Below are positions 48,076 through 58,910 of a DNA stretch of 64,000 nucleotides, in pieces (within the stretch, counting starts at the first letter, position 1; each line of letters opens with the position of its first letter). The notes beneath the pieces were generated by a model, which made no database searches, had not been told where the DNA came from, and saw nothing but the letters and a program-made list of their open reading frames with translations. This DNA comes from Nanobdellota archaeon (lineage in GTDB: Archaea; Aenigmatarchaeota; Aenigmatarchaeia; QMZP01): the NCBI GenBank assembly GCA_043814765.1, contig JBDRJQ010000029.1:115600-179599 (forward strand). The letters are read 5' to 3'. Made by a program: the position numbers and the translations under genes.

Positions 48076-49707
48076 TTATTTTTTCAAAGAACTAAAAACT
48101 ATATCCAGATCTAATTCTAATGCTGTTATAGGTGTTTTAAGATCAAAATTCTCAAGAACACTTGGATTAATTTCACCAAAATATCCTATTTTTTTGCTTC
48201 CTAAAGAAACAGTTCCTGATCTTCCTTTAATGAAGAAAGGGCTGTCTTGGTTGTTTAATGTTATTCTAATACCAAGATTCAAAGCAATACTGTTAACTAG
48301 TGATATTATTTCTGATAGGTTAGCATTAGCATGTGAAATAACAGCGCAGAGTTTTCTGCTGTTTCTTGTTTTTGTTTCTAAGCTGTTATCAAGAACCACT
48401 GCATCACCAACCTCGAAGATTTTTTGCGGATATCCCCTGTGTTTGTTTAAAGCCAGATTTTCCATAAGAGTTGATAAAAGGGATGTTCTGCAGATGCTAT
48501 ATTCGCTAGATATAGGATTCTTTATTTCTGCAAAGTCTTTTGGAGGAGTATTCATTTTTTTAAAATGTCTCTCTTCAGAAGTTAGCGTGAAGTTAATAAC
48601 TTCCTGCATGCCCAGACCCACCATTAACAACTTAACTTTATCAGAAAACTCTTCAAGAGGATGCTGACTACCTATGAAAGGAAGCATTGGAAATTCTGTT
48701 ATGAAATTATTATAACCATAAGCTATTGCAATATCTTCAACGACATCTATAGGATGCAGTATATCTGATCTGTAAGCTGGTATTGACAATTTTCTATTTT
48801 TTATATCAAATCCATAGTTCATTCTCTCTAACAGCTCTTTGATTTTATTGTTGTCTTCGTTTAATCCCAGAGTACTTCTAGCATAATCTAAATCAAAATT
48901 TATTATTTTTGGTTTAAGGTTTGGTGTTGTCTTTTTATCAACATTTACACCTTCTATTGTTCCGCCTCTGTCTGCAAGAGCTGTAACAAGAATGTTCAAG
49001 GAGTCATTTACTCTCTTTTCATCTGTTCCTGTTATGTCAATGAATATGTCTTTTGTTCCTTCTTTCACCTGTGTAATTGCTGCATTGGTTATTGGCGGAA
49101 ATGAAACAGCTTTGCCTTTCTTATCAACTATTAAAGGATATTTTTCATGACCAGATATTATATGACCATACTCTTTTCCTTTAGGATGGTTTTGCAGTAT
49201 TTCTTCCATTGTCATCTCTTTTGAGTACCCTAAAGGCACAAACTTTGTTTTTGGATCAACATCCTTGTAAGTAAAATTTGGCTTTACGTCAGTGATATCA
49301 TGAACTCCTATGGAAGATTTTTCTCTGTCTCTTCCTATTGTTTTGTCAACAAGTTCTTCTAGCTGCATAAATGATTTTATGAATTCGTCTGTGAAGTTCA
49401 GTCCTTTAACAACCGCACAAACTATATACGGTCTAACTTCTGATTTTGATTTAAGTTCTATTTTTGGTTTGGCGACAATGTAATTAGGCAATCCTTTTGT
49501 TTTCAATAACCATGATTTAATTTGTCGTGCTATGCCCTCAATGGAGAACATGTCTGGTCTGTCAGGCGTTACTTCAGCCTTTATTTCGTCTAATCCAATT
49601 TCTTCTACTTCAACCTTGTTCAAAAAAAGAACCTCTTCTAGTTCTTCGTCTGCCATATCTCCAACCATTCTCTTAAGGTCTGTTTTATCCAAAGTTATTG
49701 TGGGCAC
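48076..49707 (-). CDS. pheT: Phenylalanine--tRNA ligase beta subunit
   Basis: DRPDMFSIEGIAR, YRSDILHPIDVVEDIAIAYGY, GEINP. Confidence 0.96.
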   Translation of the reverse strand: MPTITLDKTDLKRMVGDMADEELEEVLFLNKVEVEEIGLDEIKAEVTPDRPDMFSIEGIARQIKSWLLKTKGLPNYIVAKPKIELKSKSEVRPYIVCAVVKGLNFTDEFIKSFMQLEELVDKTIGRDREKSSIGVHDITDVKPNFTYKDVDPKTKFVPLGYSKEMTMEEILQNHPKGKEYGHIISGHEKYPLIVDKKGKAVSFPPITNAAITQVKEGTKDIFIDITGTDEKRVNDSLNILVTALADRGGTIEGVNVDKKTTPNLKPKIINFDLDYARSTLGLNEDNNKIKELLERMNYGFDIKNRKLSIPAYRSDILHPIDVVEDIAIAYGYNNFITEFPMLPFIGSQHPLEEFSDKVKLLMVGLGMQEVINFTLTSEERHFKKMNTPPKDFAEIKNPISSEYSICRTSLLSTLMENLALNKHRGYPQKIFEVGDAVVLDNSLETKTRNSRKLCAVISHANANLSEIISLVNSIALNLGIRITLNNQDSPFFIKGRSGTVSLGSKKIGYFGEINPSVLENFDLKTPITALELDLDIVFSSLKK

Positions 49708-51170
49708 TATATCACCTTGCTCGTTCTGAGTAATTCTAGATCAGAACTGAACAGCTGTCTTATATCATTTATGCCTAGGTTTATCATCGCTAATCTGTCT
49801 ATGCCAAGTCCCCACGCGAGTACTGGGCATTCAACTCCTAATGGTTTTGTTACCTCTGGTCTGAACATTCCAGCGCCGCCAAGCTCTATCCAACCTAGTT
49901 TTGGATGATTTCCGAACATTTCAACACTAGGTTCTGTGAAAGGGAAGTATCCTGGTTTGAATCTTACTTTATCTATGCCAACCATTGATGCAAATTTTTC
50001 AAGGTAGCCTAACAGGTGTTTAAAGGTCAGCTTTTCTGCTATAACAATACCTTCACAATGATTAAATTCTATGAGATGCTTTGCATCCAAAACATCTGGT
50101 CTGAAGTTTCTGCTTATAGTGAAGAATTTTTCCGGTGGTTTTATGCCAGACGCCAATGTTCTTGCAGAAACTGCTGTTGTCTGTGACCTCAAAACAAGAT
50201 CTGTTGCCTTGTTTTTGTTCCAGTTGCCCCAACCACTTGAGCCTGTTATCCAGCCATTTTTGTGAACCATTTCTACTCTTTTAGTTACTCTTTCATTGTT
50301 CAGGACTCCTTTTGATGGGGTTTTCATTTCATAAATATCATGTATGCCTCTAGCTGGATGATCCTGAGGCATGAACAATGCATCGAAATTCCAGAAAGCC
50401 AATTCAACAAACGGTCCTCTCATTTCCTGAAATCCAAGTGTTATCAGTTTTTTCTTCATGTCATTTAAGAAAACAGTGTATGGGTGCAGTTTTGCAGGAT
50501 ATATTTTAGGTACAGGTGTATTAACATCATACGCTCTGAAATTTTTCTTTTTCCAATCACCTGTTTTAATGTCATCCATTGTTAAAAGGTTCGTCTCGTC
50601 TCCTGTATCAGAAACATAGGGGAGTATTTCTTTTCCCTTTTTTGTGAGTTCATAGGTTTTTGTTTTAATTTCCTTAATTTTTGCCAGTTTTCTTTTTTCC
50701 AAGTCTTTGAAATCAGAGTCTTTGCCTTCACCTGTCTTCATTACTTTTTCTATACTCGTTTCTTCTCCAAGAGCTTTTTTACCTTCTTGTGTAATATGAA
50801 GTTTGCCTTTAGTGAATATCACCCATCCCATCCTCTTTGCCCACGCTAGTGCTATATTAAAATTAGGTATGCTTTTCAGCTCTGTGATTGCAATTGGTTT
50901 TTTATAAATCTTTTCCAAGAGCTTCTTTTCCGGCAGTCCTTCTTTAAGGTATTTTTTACCTTCTGCTGTTAGCTCAAGTTTTTTCTTTACGCTCTGCTCG
51001 TGTTTTGTTAGCCCCTTAACCTCTGTCCAATGAGCTGTTTTATGCAGTGATTTTTCAGCTAATTTTGATTCTTTGGCTATTGTTTTCACATCAGCTTTTG
51101 AAAGTTTTTTCAGTACCAGAAGTATTTTCTTTTCATGTGGATGGAGTTTTTTAACCAATTCTTTTGACAT
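49707..51170 (-). CDS. pheS: Phenylalanine--tRNA ligase alpha subunit
   Basis: WNFDALFMPQDHPAR, YFPFTEPS, WGLGIDRL. Confidence 0.97.
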   Translation of the reverse strand: MSKELVKKLHPHEKKILLVLKKLSKADVKTIAKESKLAEKSLHKTAHWTEVKGLTKHEQSVKKKLELTAEGKKYLKEGLPEKKLLEKIYKKPIAITELKSIPNFNIALAWAKRMGWVIFTKGKLHITQEGKKALGEETSIEKVMKTGEGKDSDFKDLEKRKLAKIKEIKTKTYELTKKGKEILPYVSDTGDETNLLTMDDIKTGDWKKKNFRAYDVNTPVPKIYPAKLHPYTVFLNDMKKKLITLGFQEMRGPFVELAFWNFDALFMPQDHPARGIHDIYEMKTPSKGVLNNERVTKRVEMVHKNGWITGSSGWGNWNKNKATDLVLRSQTTAVSARTLASGIKPPEKFFTISRNFRPDVLDAKHLIEFNHCEGIVIAEKLTFKHLLGYLEKFASMVGIDKVRFKPGYFPFTEPSVEMFGNHPKLGWIELGGAGMFRPEVTKPLGVECPVLAWGLGIDRLAMINLGINDIRQLFSSDLELLRTSKVI

Positions 51171-51271
51171 TGACTGCACCTGTTTTTCTATATACTATTT
51201 TAAATTGGTTTATGATGATATATTATTATACGATTTAGACCAAAACTAATTTATTTTAGATCGTTTATAGT

Positions 51272-52255
51272 ATGTTAAACATGAATTGGAGAAATTTTAT
51301 CTATAACAGTATAATGGCCAGTCTGCCAAAAAACATAGTGCAGTTTTTTGTTGGGTTTATACTATTTGCAATGATATTTAATCAAGCTGATTTTGCTCTA
51401 ATGCTTATGGGTTTAGCTGGTTTCGTTCTCTCATATTCATCAATCTACTTACTAAACGACATAAAAGACGTTGAAGAAGACAAGCAAGACCCAATGAAAA
51501 TACAATGGAAAATGATAGCAAACGGAACCCTGAGTGCTAGAAAAGCCATCTACCTGTATATTTTGCTAATAGTTTCTGGTTTATTTGTCTCTCTTATGGT
51601 TAGTGTTTGGTTCGCTGTGATAATGGTTTTACTGATTATAATAAACTTGATATACTCCATGTTTAAGCTGAAGAAGTGGATGCCTATTGCATCAATATTC
51701 TTATTGGCCATGCAGTTCCTGAAATTTTCTTCTGGTTGGTTTGTAATGACATCATCTCTTTCGTTATTCCCGTTCTGGTTGGTGATGACGCTTGCACTGG
51801 CCTACACAGCTATTTTCGTTGGTTACAAAGCAAAGTTTAAACGAGAACAAATGAAAAAACAAAAGAAACTTTTTGTCGTGCTGGCCTTGCTATTATTAGC
51901 CTCATTTGTACTCTCAATCATCGTTCATAGCTTCCCTTTAAGCATGTTAATGTTACTTGGTTTGTGCATAGTGTGGATTATCTTTTCAAGAATAGTTAAG
52001 ATAAAGCACTATACAAGAAAAACAATGCTGCTATTCTACATATCAATTCTGCCAATGATAGTATTGTCTTTCCTTGTGCTGGCTATACCCATTACAGCAG
52101 AAATAAATGAAAATATTAACAATTTGATAGATGGTTATAAAGATTCTATTTCAGAAGCTGTTCCGTGGTTAACAGGACCTATAAAGAGTATAGGAATTCC
52201 ATTCACAAGATTTAGTGATTTGAATGAAATCTTAGATTTTAGCCATCTTTCTTAG
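51272..52255 (+). CDS. UbiA-family prenyltransferase-like membrane protein
   Basis: Multi-TM protein with YLLNDIKDVEED (NDxxDxxxD). The second Asp-rich motif is not evident. Confidence 0.7.
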   Translation: MLNMNWRNFIYNSIMASLPKNIVQFFVGFILFAMIFNQADFALMLMGLAGFVLSYSSIYLLNDIKDVEEDKQDPMKIQWKMIANGTLSARKAIYLYILLIVSGLFVSLMVSVWFAVIMVLLIIINLIYSMFKLKKWMPIASIFLLAMQFLKFSSGWFVMTSSLSLFPFWLVMTLALAYTAIFVGYKAKFKREQMKKQKKLFVVLALLLLASFVLSIIVHSFPLSMLMLLGLCIVWIIFSRIVKIKHYTRKTMLLFYISILPMIVLSFLVLAIPITAEINENINNLIDGYKDSISEAVPWLTGPIKSIGIPFTRFSDLNEILDFSHLS

Positions 52256-52924
52256 TTTTCTTTTCAGTTTTTTCTTAAACTTTGTCATTCCTAGCATCAC
52301 ATTATATATTATACTGGCTTTTTTTGTTTTCATCACAACATTTCCTGATTTTATTGCTTCCAAAACACTCTTTTCATTAAATTTAGAAAATACAGTATTA
52401 GTTGTGTTGCCTATTTCTTTGTGATGATGACTGTCACTACCAACCACCATTGGTATTTTATTTTTTTCTGCAAAAAATTTAGCTTTTTCATTGAACTTGT
52501 CAAACCTTACATGAGAATTAAAAACTTCTATAGCATCGATGTATGGAATTATCTCTTCTAATCGCTCTCCAGCACCATGCCTTAACTTATCAAACGGATG
52601 AGGGGTTACTATAAAGCCTCCTTTCTCTTTTGCTAATTTGCATGTTTCTATGAGGTCTTTCTTGTTTGGAAGTGTTTCTTCAAGTCCATAAATTATAATT
52701 TCCCCATCATTTGTCCTAATCTCCTGTCCCAGTAAAACAATTATGTCTTCAGGAGCCATTTTCTTAACTTCTTTTGCTCCCTCAACAGTATCATGATCTG
52801 TTATTCCAAGAACGTTTACGCCCATCTCTTTTGCTCTCTTTATTATTTTGTTTGGATGGGTGTTTGAATCGCTAGAGTGATGTGTGTGTATATGCAAGTC
52901 CATTACGAGCTTTCTTTCTGTCAT
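52232..52924 (-). CDS. PHP-domain protein
   Basis: DLHIHT, ITDHD, PHP, GSDSH. Confidence 0.88.
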   Translation of the reverse strand: MTERKLVMDLHIHTHHSSDSNTHPNKIIKRAKEMGVNVLGITDHDTVEGAKEVKKMAPEDIIVLLGQEIRTNDGEIIIYGLEETLPNKKDLIETCKLAKEKGGFIVTPHPFDKLRHGAGERLEEIIPYIDAIEVFNSHVRFDKFNEKAKFFAEKNKIPMVVGSDSHHHKEIGNTTNTVFSKFNEKSVLEAIKSGNVVMKTKKASIIYNVMLGMTKFKKKLKRKLRKMAKI

Positions 52925-52958
52925 AATCCTTTTTAAACATTTCCAGTATAAAAGGGTT

Positions 52959-53621
52959 ATGGAAAATTTGAAGGGCAAGTGTGAAGTTCTTTCCTGGGAA
53001 CGCTTTCATGAAGCTTCAGTGAAGCTTGGCGATATTATAAAAAAATCAGAATTTCAACCAGACATAATTATAGGCCTTGCTAGAGGTGGTTGGGTGCCTG
53101 CAAGGAACATTTGCGATTTTCTTGGAGTAAAGGACTTGATATCAATAAAAATGGAGCATTGGGGAGACACTGCATCAAAGGATGGCGAAGCTGTAATGAA
53201 ATATCCTGTAAAAGTTGATCTTACAGACAAGAATGTTTTAATTGTTGATGACGTCACAGACAGCGGTGAAAGTCTTCATGTTTCAAAGGAGTATGTTAAA
53301 ACGCTAAACCCAGCAAAAGTTAAAACAGCAACAGTTTGGTGTTTTGATACAACACCAAAAGAAAAATTATCCGATTTTTATGTTGAAATACTTCCATGGA
53401 GGTGGATAATATTTCCATGGAACTACACGGAAGATGTTATCAATCTCATGAAGAAAATGGTTGTACATTATGAAAAGATGCATCATGATGATATTCATAA
53501 AGGAATGCATGCTCATTTTGATATAAAATTAGACAAAGACGTCGTTAGTGAAATGCTAAAAGAAGCAGAGCGCAGAAACAAACTGAAAAAACATGATGAC
53601 GAATACTGGAGAAAGATTTAA
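52959..53621 (+). CDS. Purine-type phosphoribosyltransferase
   Basis: ARGG, VLIVDDVTDSGES PRPP-binding loop, WIIFPW. Confidence 0.9.
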   Translation: MENLKGKCEVLSWERFHEASVKLGDIIKKSEFQPDIIIGLARGGWVPARNICDFLGVKDLISIKMEHWGDTASKDGEAVMKYPVKVDLTDKNVLIVDDVTDSGESLHVSKEYVKTLNPAKVKTATVWCFDTTPKEKLSDFYVEILPWRWIIFPWNYTEDVINLMKKMVVHYEKMHHDDIHKGMHAHFDIKLDKDVVSEMLKEAERRNKLKKHDDEYWRKI

Positions 53622-53644
53622 GATAAGTTGACATAATACTTATT

Positions 53645-55144
53645 ATGAAACTTGATGATCTTCTTGATGTTGCAAAACGAAGGGGTTTCTTCTGGCAAAG
53701 TGCGGCTATACATGGCGCAATGTCTGGATTTTATGATTATGCGCACTTAGGCACGGCACTAAAACACAGATGGGAAAATGAATGGAGAAAATTCTTCTTG
53801 TCTTTAAATGATAACTTCTGGGAGATAGAGCCAAGTGTAATTTTGCCTGAGAATGTTTTCAAGGCATCTGGACATCTTGATTCTTTCGTGGACCCAATTG
53901 CAAAATGCGGCAAGTGTGATTACACTGAAAGAGCAGACCATCTCCTGGAAAGAGAACTTAAAGACGACACGTTTGAAGGACTTTCCACAGAAGACATGAT
54001 GAAGATTATAGAGAAACACAAACTACTTTGTCCAAAATGTAAAGGAAATTTCAAAGAAGTTGGCGAACTAAACATGATGTTTCCGTTAACAGTTGGAACT
54101 GGCTCTGATGCTAGAACAGCATATCTGACTCCTGAAACTGCTCAGGGTGTTTATGTTAATTTCAAGCAGGAGTTTGAAACGTTGAGAAGAAAAATTCCTA
54201 TGGGGCTTGCTGTGATTGGTAAAGCATACAGAAATGAAATTTCACCAAGAAATGCTATAATAAGAATGAGGGAATTCAAACAAGCAGAATTGCAGATTTT
54301 TTTTGATCCTATAGATATGGACAAGCACGACGACTTTGGATCTGTTTCAAATTACAAACTAAGAGTGTTTCCAGTGAAAAACAGGAAAACTAAAAAAGTA
54401 AAGGAAGTTGCGTGTAAGGATATGAAGCTTCCAAAATTCTATGTATACCACATGGCTATGATGCAAAAATTTTATCTGGATGTCATGAAAGTGCCTAAAG
54501 ATAAATTTAGGTTCAAGGAGCTCTCTGATGAGGAAAAAGCCTTCTACAACAAATATCACTGGGACGCAGAAGTAAAACTTGACAGTCTTAGTGGTTTCAA
54601 AGAACTTGCAGGATGCCATTACAGAACTGACCATGATCTCAAAGGACATGAAAAAATCTCTGGAGAAAAGATGATGGTAAACGTGGATGGAAGAGTGTTT
54701 ATTCCCCATGTTTTAGAGCTTAGCTTCGGTGTGGATAGAAACGTGTATGCAATAATGGAATTAGCGTACAAAAGGGACAAAGAGCGGCTCTATTTCAGTT
54801 TCCCAAGGAAAATTTGTCCGTTTGATGTTGGTGTATTCCCCTTGGTGAACAAAGATAAAATACCCCAGAAAGCTAAGTTGGTTCAGGAGACCCTCAAGTC
54901 TGCAGGGTTTAAGACGTTCTACGATAGTTCTGGCTCCATAGGTCGGCGCTACAGACGCATAGACGAGGTAGGAATTTCTGCGGGAATCACAGTAGATTAT
55001 GACAGTCTCAAAAAGAATGATGTTACGCTTAGAGATAGAGATTCCATGAAGCAAATAAGAGTGAAGATAAAGGATTTGCCTTTGGTTTTGAATAGTTTTG
55101 TAAATGGATCTAAACTAGAAAAATTAGGCAAATTAATTAAATAA
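53645..55144 (+). CDS. glyS: Glycine--tRNA ligase (alpha2 type)
   Basis: KRRGFF, PETAQG, RNEISPR...REFKQAE, ELSFGVDR, SIGRRYRR. Confidence 0.97.
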   Translation: MKLDDLLDVAKRRGFFWQSAAIHGAMSGFYDYAHLGTALKHRWENEWRKFFLSLNDNFWEIEPSVILPENVFKASGHLDSFVDPIAKCGKCDYTERADHLLERELKDDTFEGLSTEDMMKIIEKHKLLCPKCKGNFKEVGELNMMFPLTVGTGSDARTAYLTPETAQGVYVNFKQEFETLRRKIPMGLAVIGKAYRNEISPRNAIIRMREFKQAELQIFFDPIDMDKHDDFGSVSNYKLRVFPVKNRKTKKVKEVACKDMKLPKFYVYHMAMMQKFYLDVMKVPKDKFRFKELSDEEKAFYNKYHWDAEVKLDSLSGFKELAGCHYRTDHDLKGHEKISGEKMMVNVDGRVFIPHVLELSFGVDRNVYAIMELAYKRDKERLYFSFPRKICPFDVGVFPLVNKDKIPQKAKLVQETLKSAGFKTFYDSSGSIGRRYRRIDEVGISAGITVDYDSLKKNDVTLRDRDSMKQIRVKIKDLPLVLNSFVNGSKLEKLGKLIK

Positions 55145-55164
55145 TTGATCCGCCAAGAAATCTG

Positions 55165-55247
55165 TGCTGCGCCCAGAACTAATGCTACTAAAATAGGTAT
55201 GTTAAAACTATTGCTGCGCCCAGAACTAATGCTACTAAAATAGGTAT
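55165..55247. repeat. Exact 36-bp direct repeat (55165-55200 and 55212-55247)
   Basis: TGCTGCGCCCAGAACTAATGCTACTAAAATAGGTAT occurs twice, 11 bp apart, spanning the Yip1 stop codon. Confidence 0.93.
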
Positions 55248-55754
55248 TAAGATTGCAACCACAACGGTGAGTGCTGCCTTGTCGCCTTTCATTCCATGAA
55301 GTGCTTTCAAGCCAAGGAACTGCAGGAACAATGACCATATACCGAATACCATGCCAATTATTGGCAGTCCACCGAAAACATTAGGCGTCTGTGCATAAAA
55401 TACTGTTTTAATGGTTTGTTTTAATCCTTTCTTAGCTCCAAACAGGTATGCAAACAAATGTATCCACAAACCGCCTAGTAATGAAAAGATTATTGATCCC
55501 ACATAACTCCAAACGAATATGAATACAGGATTATATAATAATTCCATTCCTGGTGTTTTATATACTTCTGGTACTGAAAAAAGTGGTGTTATTGTGAATG
55601 ACCACACAGCGGCCAATATTGATGATATAAAGAACAGTATAAGAGCATACTTGAAAGCATCTCCAAGAGTAGTGTTTTTTTCCTTTGCGAATGTTTTTGT
55701 TGGTTCGACTAAAAACCCTTTAAACTTTTTAAAGAAATCCTTGCAGATTTTCAT
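55188..55754 (-). CDS. Yip1-domain membrane protein
   Basis: FLVEPTKTF, about 5 TM helices, YAQTP, GLKALHG. Confidence 0.82.
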   Translation of the reverse strand: MKICKDFFKKFKGFLVEPTKTFAKEKNTTLGDAFKYALILFFISSILAAVWSFTITPLFSVPEVYKTPGMELLYNPVFIFVWSYVGSIIFSLLGGLWIHLFAYLFGAKKGLKQTIKTVFYAQTPNVFGGLPIIGMVFGIWSLFLQFLGLKALHGMKGDKAALTVVVAILIPILVALVLGAAIVLTYLF

Positions 55755-55783
55755 GATTATAGTTTGGTTTGGTTGTTTAAATA

Positions 55784-56110
55784 TTATTTAGATTTCTTCA
55801 ATTTTAGTATGGCTTCGGCCATATCGCCTGTTTCTTTTATGGCTTTTTTGGCATCCTCTTCGCTCACGCCTGCTTGTTCCATTATCATTTCAATATCTTC
55901 TTTGGAAAACTTCTCTCTAGAGCGTTCTGACACATCACCCGATACCTGAAACGTGTCCTGTCCCATCATGTTTACACGAGCAACCTGCGGATTAGAAATA
56001 ACTATATCATTGTTGCTGGTTTTTATTATAACTTCTTCTGCATCAATAGGTTCTGATTGTATGCCCATTCTTTTGGCCATCTTCTCTAACTGTTTAGGAT
56101 TTATCTTCAT
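55784..56110 (-). CDS. nac: Nascent polypeptide-associated complex protein
   Basis: NPKQLEKMAKRMGI, NAC barrel, UBA domain EDIEMIMEQAGV...GDMAEAILKL. Confidence 0.95.
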   Translation of the reverse strand: MKINPKQLEKMAKRMGIQSEPIDAEEVIIKTSNNDIVISNPQVARVNMMGQDTFQVSGDVSERSREKFSKEDIEMIMEQAGVSEEDAKKAIKETGDMAEAILKLKKSK

Positions 56111-56231
56111 AAAATCTCCTTATAGTTTTGTATTTATGAAACTATGCTTTCCATTCTATATTATCTTTACTCGAAGTGCTTTTATGTGTTATCAACTATA
56201 ATATTATTGGACGCATACAACATATTGTGTT

Positions 56232-58910
56232 ATGGTGTTTTCTATGTTAGAGTTTCAGTTACTAGATGTAGACTATGTAATCGTGAACGAAAAACCAATA
56301 ATAAGAATGTTTGGTAAAACTGCTTCTGGTGAAAGCGTGTGCGGTTTTCATGAAGGGTTTTCTCCATATTTCTACACAGAAGGAGAAGAGGCTAAAAATC
56401 TTCTAAAAAAAGAACCCGTGGTTGTGAGCATAAAGGAGGTTGAAAGGATACCTGTTAATGGTTATATGGACAAGAAGAAAGTTTTGAAGGTTGTTCTTCA
56501 AAACCCATCAAAAACCCCTGAGATAAGAGAAAGGCTGCACGCAGCTGGCATAAAAACATATGAAGCAGACATACTGTTTAAGTATAGATTCATGGCTGAT
56601 AACAATATTGCTGGTCATGACTGGATTAAAGTTATTGAAGGCAACATGACTAACACTAGTACTGTTAACACTCGCCTAAAGATTGATATAAAAAAGTTTA
56701 AGGTTTTTAAAAAAGAGGAGGATACTCCGTTAAAATATCTGGCTTTTGATATAGAATGCGTTCCTATACGATCAGGAACGATGCCCGAAGCAAAAAAGGA
56801 TCCTGTTATAATGATATCTCTTGTTTTTAGTAGTCCATATAAAGGTAAAAACGCCATGGTGCTAAGCAACCGTTTAGGGAACGGAGCAACTTATTTTGAA
56901 ACAGAAAAAGAAATGCTTAAGGAGTTTTTGAGCATAGTAGATACTTTTGATCCTGATATACTAACAGGTTATAATCTAAATGATTTTGATATACCATATA
57001 TGTTGGAAAGGATGAGAGTTCATCATATAAAACCGTTGTTTGGAAGGTGCAATCAAAAACCAACAATGGCCAGAAAAATAATGAGCAGACATAAGATATC
57101 AGTTGTCGGTCGAATTATAGTGGATAGTTTTGAATTGATAAAAAAGGATTTTTCTCTAACCAGATACGGGCTTGATTTTGTTGCCAACGCCTTGTTAGGT
57201 GAAAAAAAAGAGGATGTTAAAAAATCAGAAATAGAGAAGCTCTGGAAAGGTTCGCAACAAGATTTTGATAGATTAGTGAAATACTCTGAAAAGGATTCTA
57301 TTCTAGCTCTAAATCTTGTATTAAAACTGAATCTTATTGATAAATACCTGGCTCTTGCAAGAGTATCGGGGGTTTTATTGCAAGATTCCCTTAACAGTGG
57401 AGAAACGGTTCGCATAGAAAATTTTTTGCTGCGTGAGTTCAACAAACAGGGGTTTATTTACTCACAAAAACCAAACCAAACAGAAGTTGATAAAAGAGAA
57501 CAACAAAGAAGAGTTGAACTGAAAGGTGGGTTTGTTATAGAACCTGTGAAAGATCTTCATTCTTCTGTTTTTGTTTTGGATTTTAAATCAATGTATCCGT
57601 CTATAATAATATCTTTCAATATATGCCCAACAACTATTCTTCCTGATAACATCGAGATGAAAAACGCTATCAAAACCATTACAGGCAGCAGATTTGTTCC
57701 ACCAGAGGTGAGAAAGGGTATACTACCAAAAATTCTCGAAGAGCTTATGGTAAAGAGGCAGGTTGCTAAAAAGAAAATGAGTTCTGCTACTGATAAAGAA
57801 AAAAAGAGGGTGTTATTTGCAAAACAATGGGCACTGAAAATAATGGCAAATGCTATTTATGGTCATACTGGTTATCCTAGAGCTAAGATATACAATCTTG
57901 ATATAGCGAATACTATAACAGCGTGCGGAAGAGATACTATACACAAAACACAGGAGATTATAGAAAATAAATACAAACTTCAGGTTGTTTATGGTGACAC
58001 AGATTCTGTTATGGTTAAAGTCGATACCGAAGATATGGAAGAAATAAAGAGGATAGGAAATCAGATATCAGATGATATAACTAAAACTCTGCCTGGCGTT
58101 ATTGAATTAGAGTTCGAAAAGATATTCAAACGTTTTCTTCCCCTTGCTAAAAAACGTTATATGGCATGGAAATTTGAGCTTATCAATGGTGAATGGAAGG
58201 ATAAATTAGAGATGAAAGGCATAGAAACTGTTAGAAGAGATTGGTGCATGCTGGTTTCAGAAACAACCGGTACTATAATAGAAATAATATTGAAGAGGGC
58301 TGACATAAAGGAAGCAGTTGATTATTTTAGAAACACTGTTCAAGAATTGGTTAAAGGTAATGTGGATATAAGCAAACTCATAATAACAAAAACCATGACC
58401 AGACAGCCTGAAAATTATGAAGGTATTCAACCACATATAGAACTTGTTAAAAAAATACGCGCAAGAAATCCTGCAGAATCTCCTGGTATTGGTGATAGGG
58501 TTGGTTATGTTATAGTAAAGGGTATCGGACTGCTATCAAAAAGGGCTGAGGACCCTGATTACATTAAAGAGAAGGGCCTTCAGATAGATTCTCAATATTA
58601 TATAGAAAATCAATTGCTTCCGCCACTTGAAAGAATTTTTAATGTTTTAAGAGTCTCAAAATCAGAATTGTTTGGAAGGGGCAAACAAACATCTCTTTTT
58701 GATATAGCAAAATTTAATGGAAACGATTTTGTTAAAATAAAACCGCCCAAACAGCTACAAGAAATTAGTTTAGATTTGGTTGATGGCTTCATATGTAAAA
58801 TATGCAACAAGTCGTATGAAATACCTCCTCTTATAGGCACGTGTACGTGCGGGGGTGAGGTTTTATTATCTTCACCGCAAGGGCCTGTTGGGAGAGCTAT
58901 TGTCGGTTAA
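56232..58910 (+). CDS. polB: Family B DNA polymerase with PIP box and C-terminal C4 zinc finger
   Basis: Exo I FDIE, Exo II GYN..FD, DFKSMYPSII, KIMANAIYG, YGDTDS, KKRY, QTSLF, then CKIC-x12-CTCG. Confidence 0.96.
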   Translation: MVFSMLEFQLLDVDYVIVNEKPIIRMFGKTASGESVCGFHEGFSPYFYTEGEEAKNLLKKEPVVVSIKEVERIPVNGYMDKKKVLKVVLQNPSKTPEIRERLHAAGIKTYEADILFKYRFMADNNIAGHDWIKVIEGNMTNTSTVNTRLKIDIKKFKVFKKEEDTPLKYLAFDIECVPIRSGTMPEAKKDPVIMISLVFSSPYKGKNAMVLSNRLGNGATYFETEKEMLKEFLSIVDTFDPDILTGYNLNDFDIPYMLERMRVHHIKPLFGRCNQKPTMARKIMSRHKISVVGRIIVDSFELIKKDFSLTRYGLDFVANALLGEKKEDVKKSEIEKLWKGSQQDFDRLVKYSEKDSILALNLVLKLNLIDKYLALARVSGVLLQDSLNSGETVRIENFLLREFNKQGFIYSQKPNQTEVDKREQQRRVELKGGFVIEPVKDLHSSVFVLDFKSMYPSIIISFNICPTTILPDNIEMKNAIKTITGSRFVPPEVRKGILPKILEELMVKRQVAKKKMSSATDKEKKRVLFAKQWALKIMANAIYGHTGYPRAKIYNLDIANTITACGRDTIHKTQEIIENKYKLQVVYGDTDSVMVKVDTEDMEEIKRIGNQISDDITKTLPGVIELEFEKIFKRFLPLAKKRYMAWKFELINGEWKDKLEMKGIETVRRDWCMLVSETTGTIIEIILKRADIKEAVDYFRNTVQELVKGNVDISKLIITKTMTRQPENYEGIQPHIELVKKIRARNPAESPGIGDRVGYVIVKGIGLLSKRAEDPDYIKEKGLQIDSQYYIENQLLPPLERIFNVLRVSKSELFGRGKQTSLFDIAKFNGNDFVKIKPPKQLQEISLDLVDGFICKICNKSYEIPPLIGTCTCGGEVLLSSPQGPVGRAIVG

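Noticed and set aside
51272..52255. Specific call as DGGGP synthase
   Set aside because: Only the first Asp-rich motif is visible, so the substrate cannot be assigned from the sequence alone.
55165..55247. CRISPR array (36-bp repeats)
   Set aside because: There are only two copies with an 11-bp spacer, they overlap coding sequence, and no cas genes are present.
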